A DNA stretch of 27,075 nt, from assembly GCA_032161105.1 (NCBI GenBank), contig JAVHTD010000031.1, one strand, 5' to 3'. Source of the stretch: Candidatus Thermosaccharophagus tengchongensis (GTDB taxonomy: Bacteria > Armatimonadota > Fervidibacteria > Fervidibacterales > Thermosaccharophagaceae). Position numbers and translations under genes: made by a program. Position 1 is the stretch's first letter. The number at the start of each line of letters is the position of its first letter. The notes under the pieces were generated by a model. The model did no database searches. It had not been told where the DNA came from and worked only from the letters and a program-made list of their open reading frames with translations. Below, in pieces: positions 8,855-18,557 of this stretch.

Positions 8855-9703
8855 GTGCTTGTTCCAAAAGTGATGCAAGCTGGTGAAGGGCTCATCAATG
8901 ACATCAATGGGGCGAGTGTGAGAGATGGCGAAGTGGGCATTTGGTGGCTCGGGCAGAACTCGTTTGCCATAAAGTGCACCGGTGCTGTGGTCTATACAGA
9001 CCCATACCTTTCAAGCAATCCCCATCGCCTCATTCCACCGCCGGTCAATCCAGATGAAGTTACGAATGCCGATATCGTCACATGCTCACATGACCATTCA
9101 GATCACATTGACCCTTTGACGATACCGCGACTTGCCGAGGCTTCACCAAATGCCAGATTCGTCATACCGAGAGCTACGGTGAGACGCTTGCTTGAGCTCG
9201 GCGTGCCGGAGGAAAGGCTCATACCAATGAACGATGGCAGTGAGGTTGAGCTATGCGGCATTCGTGTGTGGGCGATAAAAGCGAGGCATGAGCGCTTTGA
9301 TGAGCATCCGCAACATGGCTTCCCATACTTAAGCTATGTGTTTGACATGTCCGGGGTGCGCATCTATCACGCCGGCGATGGCATACCTTACGAGGGCTTG
9401 ATAAGCGCGTTGAGAAGCTACAAGCCCGACATAATGCTGATGCCGATAAACGGAAGGGACGGTGAACGCTATAGGCGCAATTGCATCGGCAATTTCACAT
9501 TTCAGGAGGCTGGAGACATAGCCGCTGATGCAGGCGCAAGAGTCGTCATACCCATGCACTGGGGCATGTTTGCCGACAATAACGAGGATGTCTTAAAGTT
9601 CGTTGACTATGTGACGGCCCGCTATGGCAACTTGAGCGTCAAAGTCCTTGCCATAGGCGAACGCTTCATATACTCAGCTTCCGACTCACCATTGGGCTTA
9701 TAG
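8855..9703 (+). CDS. MBL-fold metallo-hydrolase, UlaG-like (L-ascorbate-6-phosphate lactonase-related)
   Basis: WWLGQNSF, TDPYLS, HxHxDH motif SHDHSDH, YHAGD, PINGRD, IPMHWGMF. Confidence 0.87.
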   Translation: MLVPKVMQAGEGLINDINGASVRDGEVGIWWLGQNSFAIKCTGAVVYTDPYLSSNPHRLIPPPVNPDEVTNADIVTCSHDHSDHIDPLTIPRLAEASPNARFVIPRATVRRLLELGVPEERLIPMNDGSEVELCGIRVWAIKARHERFDEHPQHGFPYLSYVFDMSGVRIYHAGDGIPYEGLISALRSYKPDIMLMPINGRDGERYRRNCIGNFTFQEAGDIAADAGARVVIPMHWGMFADNNEDVLKFVDYVTARYGNLSVKVLAIGERFIYSASDSPLGL

Positions 9704-9792
9704 GTTCAGCCTTTTGTAGGAGCAGACGGCGATCCGCCCGCGAGCATTCCTCCATGCATCCCGAGCTCGAAAGCAGCATTGAGTCTCAACGG

Positions 9793-11340
9793 CTAACCAC
9801 AGCGGCATTTATGCGCGGGAGCGCACACCACCTTCCTATCAAGCAGTTCGGCAGCTGCCAGCAATGTGAGCTTCGCTATGCCGTGCAATTGCGCATAGCA
9901 TTCCAAAAGCTCGTTATGCTCGCCTCGGACGAGCACCTGGTGGTGAAATCCCCTCAACTTGCGCACATCAATCACATCGTCCAATTTCACAGCGACCGAA
10001 GTTCGGCAGCCACCCCATGGCGGTGTGTTTAGATTCTCCACAACGGTTCCGGTGCCGAACATCAAATTGCCCGGACCGAGGAAGCGAAGCACCGTCGCCT
10101 TGCGCCTTGTCTTCCAGAGGACTTGCATTGCTACACCTGTATCGGACTCGGCGTGGCTTCGCAGGATAAATTCCGCTGGCTCATCGCCAAAGCCGGTCAG
10201 GAGCAGCGGGCATGTGCAGTGAGCTGTAATCAGCGTTTGCTTTACGGTATCGGGCACCGGATTGCCCATAAAGCCCGGTCTGTCAAGCAGGTATTGGCTC
10301 AACATGAGCGTCAATGTTGCATCTCTATCTGCCTCGCATCCGGCAGGGAAGCCCTCATCACGAAGGTGTGTAAATGCCAAACACGGTGGTGGGACTTGCC
10401 TGTTAGCGACGAGCGGCAAGCAGTCCGTTGCCACTGCGTCGGCATCGTATGCCGTCATAATGCTGCGGTGAGCGAAGTAAGTCCGAGCCGCGTGAATGAT
10501 GTCTTCCTCCTTCGGCTCAACTATCTTTCGTGCATTGCGTTTGTATCTTGAGGCGAGCTCACGCACCGCCTTATCGTCCGGTGAGACCTTATTGAACTCC
10601 TCAACATATCGCTTAACCGGAACTAAAACGACTTCCGTGCCGAGTGGATCAACCTTTGTTGTCTCCTCTTTGTCACCGCGTATGATTGCCAAGCGGCTGC
10701 TGCTCATGAGCTTCCCGGCTTTGATCGCCTTAAATGCTTGCCCTATGCCGTTAAGGTCAACTGATGAAACATACCAAACCTTTGGCTGCGTCGCATAAGC
10801 GTGCATTGGTCCAATGAATGAAGTCCCGACAGGTGAATAGATGATCGTTTTGATGCCCGTTCCGACAAACAGCTTGACCAAGTCCCAAAGATAGATGTGA
10901 TGCAAGACGATGAGAAGAGCATCTGGTGGGTTGGCTTTGAGTCTCTCAATCAGTGCCTTTGCTTCGTCGGCATTAGCGACAAACTTCGGTTCAACGGACA
11001 GGCTAACCCCAACTTTGCTGGCGAGCTTTCTAAACTCAATCGCAAGTTCGCTCTCACGCTGTTCAACTGGGTATGCCGCTCCCGGCCAGCCCATCCACCA
11101 AGGTGTTGGAAGGCGAACAAACACAGTGGTGATTGTTGGGATGGGCTTCAATGATTGTCGCTTTAGCCCGTCAGGTAACACCTCCGCGGAGAGTGCCTCC
11201 AAGGTGGAATGCAGTGATGATGCAGCTGTGCACAATCCGATGGCACACATGCTTCCGATGAATTGCCTTCTGCTTAAGCGCCCATCGGATTGGAATAGCA
11301 GCTCACACTCCTTTTGCCTGCTATCCTCACTGACACCCAT
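9793..11340 (-). CDS. Tat-signal L-fucose/L-arabinose isomerase-like protein
   Basis: Twin-arginine motif SRRQFI plus hydrophobic region. C-terminal motifs DCL, PCL, GCEAD (metal-binding E/D), AHCTCP, GGCRT, GFHHQVLVRG typical of the FucI/AraA-like superfamily. ATG 11340 follows SD AAGGGGGTG. Confidence 0.7.
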   Translation of the reverse strand: MGVSEDSRQKECELLFQSDGRLSRRQFIGSMCAIGLCTAASSLHSTLEALSAEVLPDGLKRQSLKPIPTITTVFVRLPTPWWMGWPGAAYPVEQRESELAIEFRKLASKVGVSLSVEPKFVANADEAKALIERLKANPPDALLIVLHHIYLWDLVKLFVGTGIKTIIYSPVGTSFIGPMHAYATQPKVWYVSSVDLNGIGQAFKAIKAGKLMSSSRLAIIRGDKEETTKVDPLGTEVVLVPVKRYVEEFNKVSPDDKAVRELASRYKRNARKIVEPKEEDIIHAARTYFAHRSIMTAYDADAVATDCLPLVANRQVPPPCLAFTHLRDEGFPAGCEADRDATLTLMLSQYLLDRPGFMGNPVPDTVKQTLITAHCTCPLLLTGFGDEPAEFILRSHAESDTGVAMQVLWKTRRKATVLRFLGPGNLMFGTGTVVENLNTPPWGGCRTSVAVKLDDVIDVRKLRGFHHQVLVRGEHNELLECYAQLHGIAKLTLLAAAELLDRKVVCAPAHKCRCG

Positions 11341-11461
11341 TGTCCGCACCCCCTTGTGCTCAGGTTATGCTGCCGTGAAGCAATTTTTGCACGCGTGCGT
11401 GAGCTGGTCAAACTATAATGGCACATGAAACGATGTGAGTCAGTTGGAGGTGATGCCTCCG

Positions 11462-13711
11462 GTGAAGTATCTTTCGCAAGTTGCCCTGTTCCTTCTGGCG
11501 ACTTCAATGGCACTCGGACTTGACATAGTGCGCGATGGCAAGCCTGTAGCTCAAGTGGTCGTTTCCTCATTGCCAACTGGTGTGAAACCCCAACGCGTGT
11601 TTGAGCCAAGCGATGTAATGGCAGCGCAGGTTTTGGTGAGCTGGATCAAGAAGATGACCGACGCAGAATTGCCCATCACTGCCACGCCTGCAGATGAGCG
11701 CCAGACCATCTACATTGGCGAGGCTGCAATTGGCGCTGGGCTTAAGTTGAACGATATACATAGCCAGACCAACGAAGGGTTGCGAGTGATTGTAGTTGGT
11801 CAAAAGGCTCTGATTGCCGGTCAGTCAAGCATAGCCACAGTGAGGGCAGTATGTCGCTTCCTCGAAGCCATCGGTTGCCGCTATCTCATGGAAGGTCCGT
11901 TGGGTGAAGTTTATCCGCGCCTTAAGACGCTGAAGGTGAATGACTTCACATTGACGGAGAAGCCCGGATTCCTATCACGAAGGATTTGGGGTTCGCAATG
12001 GTCAGGCGATTCACTTTGGAAGATTTGGAATGGCGCAGGCGGGTTGAATTTGGAGACGGGGCATTCCTGGGGCAGCTACATACCTCAAAGCCTGTTCCAT
12101 GAGCATCCGGAATACTTCCGAATGAATGCCGAGGGTCAAAGGGTCATGAGCGAATGGCTTTGCACATCCAATGCCGAATTGAGAGCGCTCTTCGCTCAAA
12201 GGGTCATAGAGGCTATATGCAAGGGGCGGACACACCCGTCAATCTCACCCCCCGATGGGACAGCTTATTGCCAGTGCCAAAGTTGTAAGGCTCAGGACAA
12301 CCCGAACTCCATTGAACCCTCCTCTGGGGCTGTAAGCATGACCGATAGGTTCATTAATTTCTTCAACGACATCGCAAAAAGGGTTGCCAAGGAGTGCCCA
12401 CAATCCATCCTCAACTTCTACTGCTATGCCGATTACACCCAACCGCCGAGCCGCCAAATTGCGCTCGCCACAAACCTTTGCCCATGGCTGGCTCCAATTC
12501 GCTATTGCCGTTTCCATTCCATCGGGAGCAGCAGCTGTCCACCAAATCAGCAGTTGGCTGAAGTGATTGAGGGATGGTCAAAGGTGGCAAAGCAAATGGG
12601 CTACCGGACTTATAACTACAACCTCGCTGAGTGCACTGTGCCATTTTCAAAGCTCTCCGTTTGGAGCCATGACATACCTTACCTTTATCGCAAAGGTTTC
12701 ATCGGTATCAACATTGAGACGCTCCCGGCATGGCACATCTATGGACCGCACATCTACCTCAGCATCCGCCTATCATATCAACCAGATGCTGATGCCAAAG
12801 CGTTGATGGATGACTACTTCACCAAGTTCTATGGCGATGCAGCGGGTCAAGCCATGAAGGAATACTGGCTAACGATTGACAACGCCTTCGCCAAGATGAG
12901 GTGTCATTCGGGCAGCTTCTTTGCTCTGCACTTGGCGTATACACCAGAAGTCATTACCCGCTGCCAAGCCCTGCTGGAGAGGGCAAAGGAGTTGGCTCAC
13001 GATGAGCCTGTCTACTTGGCGCGAATAGCGATGGCTGAGGAGGGCTTCCAAAACGCCGTTCAGTATCTTCAACTGCGTGATGCCATCAACCGCGGCGACT
13101 TCGCCAGCGCAAAAGCAGTGTATGAGAAGTTGCTTTCACGCTCTGAAGCTCATGTCAAGTCCGGTTATGGCAGCCAATACACTGCCATATACCTTAAGCG
13201 CTTCTTAGGGACAGTGGTGGAGAAGGGCGCCGCAGCCACTTCACCACCACGCTGCCTGTTGCAAGTGCTTCCAGATATGTGGCGCTTCACATGGGACGAG
13301 AGGAATGAGGGATTGCAGCTTGGTTACCACTTGCCACAAACGGACGACTCAAAATGGTTGACGGTGGCTACCTACAGTCAGACGCTTGATGCTCAAGGCT
13401 TGCCCGACAAGAAGACCATACTTTGGTATCGCACAAGCTTTCGCTTGCCACAGGATTATCGTCGCTTATACCAGCGCCTATTTCTTTTCTTCGCCGAGGT
13501 GGATGGGACGGCTACAGTGTATCTCAATGGTCGTCAAGTCGGTGAGCATAAGGAGAGGCGAACGCCATTTGAAGTTGAGATTACCGACGCTGCTCGTGCT
13601 GGCGAAAACCTTCTGGCAGTGCGTGTGGACCATTCAAGGATTACTGAGCTCTTCCTTGGCGGCATCGTCAGACCGGTATTGCTCATCGCCGTAAAGCATG
13701 AGGCTGAGTGA
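11462..13711 (+). CDS. Secreted DUF4838-like protein with N-terminal GH20/GH67-N-like domain and C-terminal GH2-type sugar-binding (jelly-roll) domain
   Basis: Signal peptide, then IYIG..EG..LIAG..AVCRFLE..GCRY, HPEYF, LCTSN, SISPPDG..CQC..C, YADYTQPP. C-terminus has WYRTSF..FAEVDGTATVYLNG..VGEH..PFEVEITD..GENLLAVRV..GGIVRPV. Start uncertain (11435/11453/11462; SD GGAGGTG at 11446-11452). Confidence 0.8.
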   Translation: MKYLSQVALFLLATSMALGLDIVRDGKPVAQVVVSSLPTGVKPQRVFEPSDVMAAQVLVSWIKKMTDAELPITATPADERQTIYIGEAAIGAGLKLNDIHSQTNEGLRVIVVGQKALIAGQSSIATVRAVCRFLEAIGCRYLMEGPLGEVYPRLKTLKVNDFTLTEKPGFLSRRIWGSQWSGDSLWKIWNGAGGLNLETGHSWGSYIPQSLFHEHPEYFRMNAEGQRVMSEWLCTSNAELRALFAQRVIEAICKGRTHPSISPPDGTAYCQCQSCKAQDNPNSIEPSSGAVSMTDRFINFFNDIAKRVAKECPQSILNFYCYADYTQPPSRQIALATNLCPWLAPIRYCRFHSIGSSSCPPNQQLAEVIEGWSKVAKQMGYRTYNYNLAECTVPFSKLSVWSHDIPYLYRKGFIGINIETLPAWHIYGPHIYLSIRLSYQPDADAKALMDDYFTKFYGDAAGQAMKEYWLTIDNAFAKMRCHSGSFFALHLAYTPEVITRCQALLERAKELAHDEPVYLARIAMAEEGFQNAVQYLQLRDAINRGDFASAKAVYEKLLSRSEAHVKSGYGSQYTAIYLKRFLGTVVEKGAAATSPPRCLLQVLPDMWRFTWDERNEGLQLGYHLPQTDDSKWLTVATYSQTLDAQGLPDKKTILWYRTSFRLPQDYRRLYQRLFLFFAEVDGTATVYLNGRQVGEHKERRTPFEVEITDAARAGENLLAVRVDHSRITELFLGGIVRPVLLIAVKHEAE

Positions 13712-13965
13712 GGGGAAGAAAGTCATACCCACCTTTGCAATTCTGGGATGGCACAGCACACCCACCGTGATTAATGGTTTGAAATTGCCAGCTGCTTTGA
13801 GTCATGAAGTTAAGCTCGGTTGTCATTTGGGATGGACTTTGTAGCTGCTGCGCGGTATATTCATTGTGGTGATTGCAGCGCTACAGCAGGCGCATTGAGG
13901 GCTTGTTTGGCGGACATGCATTGACGCATCACAGCATCGCAGTTGCCGACGAGGTGGGCATGAAG

Positions 13966-14313
13966 ATGGGGCAGGAGTGCATCTTCTGTGCTATTGCGAG
14001 CGGTAAAGTCCAAAGCCGTATAGCCTATGAGGACGAGGATGTTGTTGCGTTCCACGATATCAACCCACAGGCACCAGTTCACATCCTCGTCATACCGAGG
14101 AAGCACATAGCCAGCTTAAACGAGGTTAGCAATGAGGATTTACAGCTCCTTGGCAAGTTGCTCCTTGTGGCGCGTGACATAGCCAAAAGCGAGGGCATCA
14201 GCGAGGGTGGCTACCGAATTGTCCTGAACACGAACAGGGGAGCTGGGCAATCGGTCTTCCACATCCATTTGCATCTGCTTGGCGGACGCTTATTCAGCTG
14301 GCCACCGGGCTAA
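13966..14313 (+). CDS. hinT: Histidine triad (HIT) nucleotide-binding protein, HinT/PKCI type
   Basis: CIFCAI, AFHDINPQAPVHILVIP, GQSVFHIHLHLLGGR, C-terminal WPPG. ATG 13966 lies 9 nt after SD GAGGTG. Confidence 0.92.
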   Translation: MGQECIFCAIASGKVQSRIAYEDEDVVAFHDINPQAPVHILVIPRKHIASLNEVSNEDLQLLGKLLLVARDIAKSEGISEGGYRIVLNTNRGAGQSVFHIHLHLLGGRLFSWPPG

Positions 14314-14378
14314 TTGAGCGCTCTAAAGCTCGTTTTGGTGGTGGGCAATTTCGGGTCAAGTTGATGGGGGTGATGGTT

Positions 14379-15290
14379 ATGTGGGAAGGTCGTTTTACGC
14401 CTCTGCTTCTGTGCGCGCTGTGCTGCACCTTGCAGCTTTCTCAGGGTGCCGATGCAGTTGATGGTGCAGCGCTAAAGATTGCCATCGCTTATGTTGATGA
14501 CAAGACTGGCTATCCGGACAAGGCGCTCTCAGATGCTGCTCAATTTATGCTCGCGCAAGCCCTGCGTGATGTGAAGGGATTTGAAGTCATATCAGTTGAC
14601 CTCGTGAAAGAAGCTATGGCAGCCTTAAAGTTTCGCACGCCACTTGGCGATGCCGAGATGTGTCAGCTTGCCTCTGAGTTGAAAGTTGATTGGGTGATAC
14701 GAGCCACGCTTGAACGAGTGACCATAGACAGGCGCGCAAACATGGTTTCCATACCGATGACTGCAGAGGCTGTTGGGAAGGATTTGGGCATCGTCGTTAG
14801 CCGTGCGAGTGCGGTTGGCAGCTGCTTAGCGAAGGGCGATCTGACGAATTCGCTTGTGCTGTATTCAACGCTTGTTAGCGCGATCAATGACGCATGTGCA
14901 CGCGTTGCCGGGCAGCTTGAATACTCAGCAAAAGTTAAGGGGTTGCTTTTGCTCCCTCCGATGGGCAACCACATCCGCGCAAACATTGGCATTCATCAGG
15001 GGTTAAAGGTCGGTGCTCAATTGCTTGTGGTGTGGCGCAACCAACCTGTGGCATGGGCAAAAGTTGTTGATGTGAATGATGACGATTGTCAGGCTCTGCT
15101 GACACAGGTCGCCGTTGGCAAACGCCTTGAGCCGAACATGAGGGTGCTTGTCGTCAGCAATCCAGCTGCTCATGAAGCCCCAACTTACAGGGAGCAAGTT
15201 GAGCGCGAGCTCAAGAGGGCAACGAGGGAGCTGTTCATAGCGGTAGCTGTAACATTTGGTGCCCTTCTCGCCGCGGATGTGATCAAGTGA
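14379..15290 (+). CDS. Hypothetical exported protein, CsgG/FlgT-like alpha/beta domain plus FlgT-C-like beta domain and C-terminal hydrophobic tail
   Basis: Signal peptide (LLLCALCCTLQLSQGA). NIGIHQGLKVGAQLLV..AKVVDV resembles the FlgT C-terminal motif. C-terminal LFIAVAVTFGALLAA. Start uncertain (14361-14379). Confidence 0.65.
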   Translation: MWEGRFTPLLLCALCCTLQLSQGADAVDGAALKIAIAYVDDKTGYPDKALSDAAQFMLAQALRDVKGFEVISVDLVKEAMAALKFRTPLGDAEMCQLASELKVDWVIRATLERVTIDRRANMVSIPMTAEAVGKDLGIVVSRASAVGSCLAKGDLTNSLVLYSTLVSAINDACARVAGQLEYSAKVKGLLLLPPMGNHIRANIGIHQGLKVGAQLLVVWRNQPVAWAKVVDVNDDDCQALLTQVAVGKRLEPNMRVLVVSNPAAHEAPTYREQVERELKRATRELFIAVAVTFGALLAADVIK

Positions 15291-15406
15291 GATGAGTGAT
15301 GTTGCAGCGGGAAACAGCCGCCAACTCATCTGGCACACTGGTGCGCCTGTGTGCAATGCAATCCGCTCAGGCGGTTGAGCTTTTTATCAAAGCGCGTTTT
15401 GTGAGG

Positions 15407-16576
15407 TCATGCCCACACTCCCGGTATGCTCTCGCCGCAGAATTTGCACTTGCCTTTGTTAAGGTTGTTTTCCGCTATGCCGATATAGCCGACACGCTTT
15501 ACGAGCAACCGATTGCACCGTGGGCAGTATGTGTTCTCGCCATCGTGTCCCGGGACATTCCCGATGTATGCGAAGCGCACACCCGCCTCCATCGCTATAT
15601 CACGGCATAGCTCAAGCGTCTTTATCGGGGTTGGAGGCAAGTTGCGCAACCGATATGACGGATAGAACCGAAGGAAGTGTATCGGCACATCTTGTCCCAA
15701 GTTCTTAACGACCCACTGGCACATGCGCTTTATCTCGCTCTGGCTGTCATTCATTGTCGGGACGACGAGCACAACCAACTCCATGAATGTGCCGGATTGA
15801 TGAACAAGCTCTATAGCCCTTAGAACTGGTTTCAAGCTCCCGCCAACGACCGTCCGATAGAAATCCTCGCTGAACCCTTTCAGATCAATTCGTATGCAAT
15901 CAAACAGTTTGCAAAGCTCCCTCAATGGCGCATCATCAATGTATCCGGCAGTGACCATCAGGTTTTTCAGCTTGTGCTCCTTTGCGAGCTTTGCGGTGTC
16001 AAATGCGTATTCAAAGAAGATGACCGGCTCGGTGAATGTGTATGCGATTGCACCGCATTCAAGCTCCTTCGCCAGCTCCACAACTTTGCTTGGTGGCAGG
16101 TCGTAGTTTTTCGTCTGCTCAGGACCAACCTGGCTTATCTGCCAGTTCTGGCAATACAGGCAGCGCAGGTTGCATCCGGCAGTAGCGATGCCGAGGCAGC
16201 GCATTCCGGGCACAACATGGAATATCGGCGTCTGCTCAACTGGGTGGTATGAGACGGCGCACGCCAGTCCGTAAACCTTTGTGTAAAGCTTCCGCTCATA
16301 GCAGACACGCACCCTGCACGCACCAGTTTGACCGTCATCAATCATGCAGAACTTTGGGCACAGCGTGCATTGCACTTGCCTACCAACCGGTCGCCAATAC
16401 CTCGCCGAGTGATGCTGTATGCCCTTTGCCCTCGGCAAGTCAGTTATGTCCTTGACAGTTATCTCCTTGCCTCTGTAAATTGGAGCACCGGCTTCGGCAT
16501 CAATGGCGCATGCGCCACACAGTGTGCACCCGATTAATGAGCTTATGAATTGGCGCCTCGTCATATCGTGGCGCAT
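15407..16576 (-). CDS. amrS: AmmeMemoRadiSam-system-type radical SAM enzyme (PflA-like) with Tat signal
   Basis: VQCTLCPKFC..GACRVR, radical SAM motif GCNLRCLYCQNWQISQ, IAYTFTEP, IDLKGF, AYIGNVPG..NTYCPRC..CKFCG. N-terminal TRRQFI. Start 16576 or 16564. Confidence 0.88.
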   Translation of the reverse strand: MRHDMTRRQFISSLIGCTLCGACAIDAEAGAPIYRGKEITVKDITDLPRAKGIQHHSARYWRPVGRQVQCTLCPKFCMIDDGQTGACRVRVCYERKLYTKVYGLACAVSYHPVEQTPIFHVVPGMRCLGIATAGCNLRCLYCQNWQISQVGPEQTKNYDLPPSKVVELAKELECGAIAYTFTEPVIFFEYAFDTAKLAKEHKLKNLMVTAGYIDDAPLRELCKLFDCIRIDLKGFSEDFYRTVVGGSLKPVLRAIELVHQSGTFMELVVLVVPTMNDSQSEIKRMCQWVVKNLGQDVPIHFLRFYPSYRLRNLPPTPIKTLELCRDIAMEAGVRFAYIGNVPGHDGENTYCPRCNRLLVKRVGYIGIAENNLNKGKCKFCGESIPGVWA

Positions 16577-16630
16577 ATGGCTTTCACGCCCCACAGTGAG
16601 GTTCAACATGCGCTTTTGAGATGTGGCTTA

Positions 16631-18280
16631 TCATCTTGTCGGTGAAGCGCTTGCGAGTCCAATTGCGGATGATTTGACATACCGCATCTCATCAAGCCAC
16701 AATGTGAGCTTATCGCCAGCCTGCGCTCTGCCAAACACAAATTGCACTTCAATTGTGGCGATTTGCGCAAGCTCAAGGACGCGGTTGACGACATGGTCGT
16801 TGTTCACATTCAGCTCTTCAAACGGCACAAATACTTTCGTCCATTTTCTGGCTTCACTTATTGAGCCGGCTCTGCCCTCCCAAACTTCGCCGTTGCGCTC
16901 TCTTATGATGAGCCTCATCGTTGCCGGCATGTTTGCTTTCACCCAAAAGATGACGCCGTCAAATTTGGTTGCGTCAACGAACTCAACCCATTGCGTGATT
17001 GTGTGTATCCTGCCGTGCACCACATCTTCTTCTGGCACAGTCCATTCAACTCGCAGCGACTTTGATGTGTTGCAAGCCCCGTCGGTATCATCAATGCTGA
17101 CCGTGAACTTCTTTGCGCCGGCATTAAACTCACCTATGATTGGCGGGTAGAAGATCTCGGTTAGACGCCTGTCCTCATAATCGGCGATAAGTTCAGATGG
17201 TGAATTTTCAAGCGCTCCCTTATCAAGCCGCCAAAGACCGTCATTCGTTGCCACCCAAAGATAGTTCCCATGTGGGAGCATGTCCAAGACCATGCGTTCT
17301 CCAAGTTGCGTTGATGCCTCACGACACTCAAGCCAGCGCAGCCTCTTCGTGTCAAACCTCGTTAGGTCTCTCTTGGTTGCCACCCAAAGGATTTCACCAT
17401 CGGCAGCTATTCGCATCGGTGGGTTGGGAACGCTTTGATGGAAGTCACTTCCAAAGCGCAGGTCAAATGGATGCTTTAGTTCATCTCGCTTTGCCACATT
17501 GAACCTTTGAATGCCACCTATGCTTGCCACCCAAAGGTCATTCCCAACCCAAGCCATTGAGAGAATGCGTGAATGGATTAAGCCATGCCCGCAATGGTAT
17601 ACTCCAATCACCTTCCCATCCTCCGATGTGTGTGTCAGGTTAAATGCGGCATGCCACACAGTTCCATCCGGAGCGACGAGCAATGAGTCACAGTAGATGG
17701 CTTTCCCAGAGCTTGCTGCTGGGTTGACAGCGCCGCTTCCAGCCTCCGGCGTCCATCCACCATACCTTCGGAAGTTGGCTATTTGCCTCGTCGCTTTGTC
17801 TATGCGAGCAATGCCCGTATCCATGCCGAGCCAAACATAGCGCTGGCTCACCCCGATTGCGAGCACTGCACCATCCATCAAACCGTTTGCAGCCGTGTAG
17901 TTTGTGAATGTGCGCCCGTCAAAGCAACTGACACCGTTGTTCAACCCAATCCAAAGCAAATTGCCATCAGCGCACAGCGATTGAATGTCGTCATCAAGCA
18001 AACCATCTGACTTTGTGAACTTGAGTGGAGCACTTGATGGGTTGTTCAGCGACAGCCTGATCAAGCCCTCATTCGTGCCAAGCCAGACGAAGTTCCCCTG
18101 TATGGCGAGCTTGTTGATGATTGTGCCGCGCAAATAACTATCCCATAACTTCGGTTTGATGCCCTGCTCAGCAGCGCCCATTGCAGTCCATGCAGCGATT
18201 AGCATAAATGCAGTTAAACCAATGATGCTCGTGCATGCTTGAAGCGTGCACCAAGCTAAACATCGCTGCACCTTAAACAT
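16631..18280 (-). CDS. Secreted beta-propeller protein (two-component-regulator-propeller-like repeats) with C-terminal CBM11/CIA30-like carbohydrate-binding domain
   Basis: Signal peptide. Repeats DGLLDDDIQSL..GNLLWIG, NGLMDGAVLAI..VWLG, HGLIHSRILSM..DLWVAS, ILWVAT, YLWVATNDGL. C-terminal DATKFDGVIFWVKA, WTKVFVPFEEL, LWLDEM. SD GAGGTGAGG. Confidence 0.78.
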   Translation of the reverse strand: MFKVQRCLAWCTLQACTSIIGLTAFMLIAAWTAMGAAEQGIKPKLWDSYLRGTIINKLAIQGNFVWLGTNEGLIRLSLNNPSSAPLKFTKSDGLLDDDIQSLCADGNLLWIGLNNGVSCFDGRTFTNYTAANGLMDGAVLAIGVSQRYVWLGMDTGIARIDKATRQIANFRRYGGWTPEAGSGAVNPAASSGKAIYCDSLLVAPDGTVWHAAFNLTHTSEDGKVIGVYHCGHGLIHSRILSMAWVGNDLWVASIGGIQRFNVAKRDELKHPFDLRFGSDFHQSVPNPPMRIAADGEILWVATKRDLTRFDTKRLRWLECREASTQLGERMVLDMLPHGNYLWVATNDGLWRLDKGALENSPSELIADYEDRRLTEIFYPPIIGEFNAGAKKFTVSIDDTDGACNTSKSLRVEWTVPEEDVVHGRIHTITQWVEFVDATKFDGVIFWVKANMPATMRLIIRERNGEVWEGRAGSISEARKWTKVFVPFEELNVNNDHVVNRVLELAQIATIEVQFVFGRAQAGDKLTLWLDEMRYVKSSAIGLASASPTR

Positions 18281-18557
18281 CGTTCCTCACCTCGTCGTGT
18301 GAGTGGGGTAGAACATGGGTTTGCTCTGCACCTTTTGATGCCGGGCATTTGCTGCAGGTTGCATCCTTTAGTCCTTCTGCGCGTTATGAGGATGTCTTTC
18401 GCTCGTTGCAGCCTCAGTAAATGGGCAGCTGAAGATGAGGAGCACAAACTGATGCGGAGATATTGACATACACCATCTATCCAACTTGCGCTACATGTGC
18501 TACACTGGATAGCGATGGTGGATGGCGATATTAACATAAGGGAGAGGTGATGAAGTC

